DNA of 64,000 bases from assembly GCA_004431415.1 (NCBI GenBank), contig QPMI01000591.1, positions 1-64,000 of the forward strand, written 5' to 3'. Positions 61,713 to 64,000 of this stretch are shown piece by piece. The stretch comes from Cyanophora paradoxa CCMP329 (taxonomy: Eukaryota; Plantae; Glaucophyta). Position numbers and translations under genes: made by a program. The notes under the pieces are model-generated. The model was not told the DNA's origin. It was given only the letters and a program-made list of their open reading frames with translations, and did no database searches. Numbering within the stretch: the first letter of the stretch is position 1; every line of letters begins with the position of its first letter.

Positions 61713-64000
61713 TGTGTACCCGGAAGACTACTGACTCTGTACCCCTAAGACAGGTAGAGGCAGGCCAGCGTAGGCTACCGAGAGGTAAGCCTACAGGAAG
61801 AGAGACTATGCCAGGGCTCTCAGACTACGTCAGGCACCAACTAGCTCTAGTCACTAAGTCACCGCAAGGCCTGGGAATCGAGCCAGGCGACAACTCCTCT
61901 TCCGCTGACGTCGCGTCCGCGCGACGTAGCCAGTCAAACCGTGACTCTCGTCGGCATAACCGCAAGAGGGCGTCCCCAACACCGCCGATGGGTGCGCCGC
62001 TCAAGGGCACCGGCAGGCCCCATGACGAGGAACCTGAGCCACGGCCCGGGGACAGGAATGCATACAGCTGCAGGCCAGGCAGAAGGCCAGGTAGCTGTAG
62101 ATCGATCCCGTCCAGGTCGTATGCAAGGCATGGCAGGTGAGGCAAATGCGTGCATGCGGGAAAGCTCGAAAGGGAAAAGCATAAAAACTCGAAAGGTGTA
62201 AACGCTGGCCCAAACTCACTCCAAACGGCGAGAGCCGAAGGAGAGTGGCACGGATGGGAAGTTTCACCGCCTCGGGAAGAAACCAGCGAGGAGGTATCCG
62301 GGCCACCCATCAGGCCCAACGAAAGGACAGGGCACGTCCCAACGTCCCGTACTCGCAAGCGCCCAGTCCCCCCAAGAGACTCGCAAGCGCCCAGCAGGCC
62401 AACGTTGAGACACTCCCCCCAGAGCGCCGGGCCCATGTCCCAGAAAAGTGAACGAAAGACCCAGATGGCACCCGCGACGGTCCCCCAACCGAATCGCGTT
62501 CCACCTCGCAAGTCAGGGTCGAGGCAAAGCGAGCAAAGAACTCTGCCCCACGGCGCAGCGATCGCAAGTGGCATCGGGGCAAGGTATAGATTGGTTCGGG
62601 TTGTTTGGTTGGGGAAGGGTCTGCTGAAGCTTGTTGCAATTGACCGTCCGGTTCGCACGCCTTAAAGGCGGGGTTTGCGACTGCACATGCAGACTTCCGA
62701 TCCACAGCCAGCTGCAGCGTGCAGCTGCGTCGAGCGGAGTATTTGAATCCAAGCTCAGACGGCGTTGGCGCAGCTGATGTGGATTCATGAAGCGTGCAGT
62801 CGACGTCGATGTGAGCGGCGACCTTGTATGCGCTTGCACGTGCGTCTCGAGCTCGAGCTCGGGACCAGGTGCACGCAATAAAGGTACGAGCCCTTGAGCC
62901 GCACATCATCGAAGAGTAGAAATGCTTCGACGATCCCGTGACTGCTTTGGCGCTCCTGTCGAGGTCGCGCAGCTTGCAGTGCAGGGTCCAATCCGCGCGG
63001 CTCCCGGTTCTGATCGCTGGGGCCACAGGGTGCACAGCTCAGCAGCTGCACCCTCGTGGTTGGATCACGAGGCCGACGTGCGAGTTGCCGAGCTCAACGC
63101 CTCAGCTGATCGCGGGCGAGCAGCCCTTCGCGACTGTCGGTGGGAGCATGCAAGGTTGGAGCTCGTGAAGCATACGCCAGGCCGTCAAGCACGCGCTACG
63201 GCGTGATCATGAGGGCTGCAGTGTACGCGTGTACGTAGAGCCGCGGCGCGGGATTCCCTGGAGGAGGTCCGGGTCCCTTGGCGGACGTACATCAGTGTAC
63301 GCTGGTACTGGCGCTGTGTGTGGCCTGGGGCGAGAGATGGGGCGAGGACCCGAGACCGAGCCCTCGCGTTCGCGACGCGCGTGACATCGCAGCGCTCAGC
63401 TGCTGGCGATGAAGCCAGGTGTCGACGCTCCGGCTAGACGCGGCCGTCAATCGAAGACGCGCGTGCTGGCCGCGAATCCCATCAGTCGTTCCCTCGGCCT
63501 GGTCTTCCTGGGATCCGGCCGCAGCCAGGCTCGTTGGCGAGCTTGGCGGGTCATGATCACGGGAAGGGGTTCTGCAGCGATCCGCGAGACTGCATATTCG
63601 CGGTGCCGAGACCCTCGGATTTGCGACCGATTCGCCAGCCTTCGCCGTGGGCTCGTTTCGATCGCATCCCAATACCAGGCGATCAGGCGAAGCTGACGAA
63701 CGGCGAATCCTTCAGAAATTCAGGTCCCTTGATCGGGGATCCGAATTCGAATTCGTGTTCTGTGCGTAGCCAGACCGCGACACGGCGTGCAGTCGGCTGC
63801 TGAGATCCGATTCCGATCCTTAGGAGGCCGCATCGGTGAGTAGTGCGAGCGAGTGCACTGGCCGTAGCTGGGCTCTCAAGCTCTGTCGAAACAGCACTTG
63901 CCAGTCCGTTCCGGACACGGTCACGGGCTGTGCACGTAACAACAGGGCCTGAGGGCCATCAGCCCCAGTAGCATCGCCACCGATGGGTTTCCGAGGCGGA
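61713..64000 (-). mobile_element. Probable decayed Ty3/Gypsy-like LTR retroelement: candidate 3' LTR 61713-62657 plus degenerate integrase tail
   Basis: TG...CA bounded segment with imperfect inverted ends (TGTGTACCCGGA / TCCGGTTCGCA) and strong strand skew. Adjacent broken frames ELQPCMLPPTVAKGCSPAIS*GVEL, DPTTRVQLL and IVEAFLLFDDVRLKGSYLYCVH loosely resemble a GPY/F module and chromodomain. Confidence 0.4.

Noticed and set aside
62660-63300. DIRS-type tyrosine recombinase remnant
   Set aside because: No HSLR or other catalytic motif could be read; a Gypsy integrase tail fits slightly better.

Overview
Eukaryotic nuclear DNA with many short spliceosomal introns, so most ORF-track entries are exon fragments or GC-driven spurious frames. 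Gene models below were spliced by hand. The style (very GC-rich genes, (CCCCG)n introns, frequent GC-AG donors, F-box/LRR genes) suggests a GC-rich alga or protist, possibly Cyanophora-like, which is unverified. There are four compartments. (1) 1-20.3 kb is a lower-GC, tightly packed island of about 12 genes on mostly alternating strands, and every intron decoded in it is GT-AG. It carries a divergent histone H3, a stand-alone Siz/PIAS-type SP-RING protein facing a tandem SUMO-like-domain protein, a pol-beta-type nucleotidyltransferase, a probable tandem OB-fold protein, an F-box/LRR protein, a zinc-finger protein and a pair of orphan paralogs. This is the best candidate for an undescribed system: a giant mobile or endogenous viral element with chromatin and SUMO cargo. 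No transposase or capsid gene is visible in the window. (2) 20.3-24.5 kb is a stack of MITEs in a GC-only tract. (3) 24.7-48.1 kb holds very GC-rich host genes: a GT32 glycosyltransferase, an ankyrin-GAF protein, a C3HC4 RING protein and a 67K-type SppA. (4) 48.7-64 kb holds an N-acylated NACHT-pentapeptide-WD40 gene bracketed by a duplicated SppA 3' end, an F-box/LRR gene and a probable decayed LTR retroelement.
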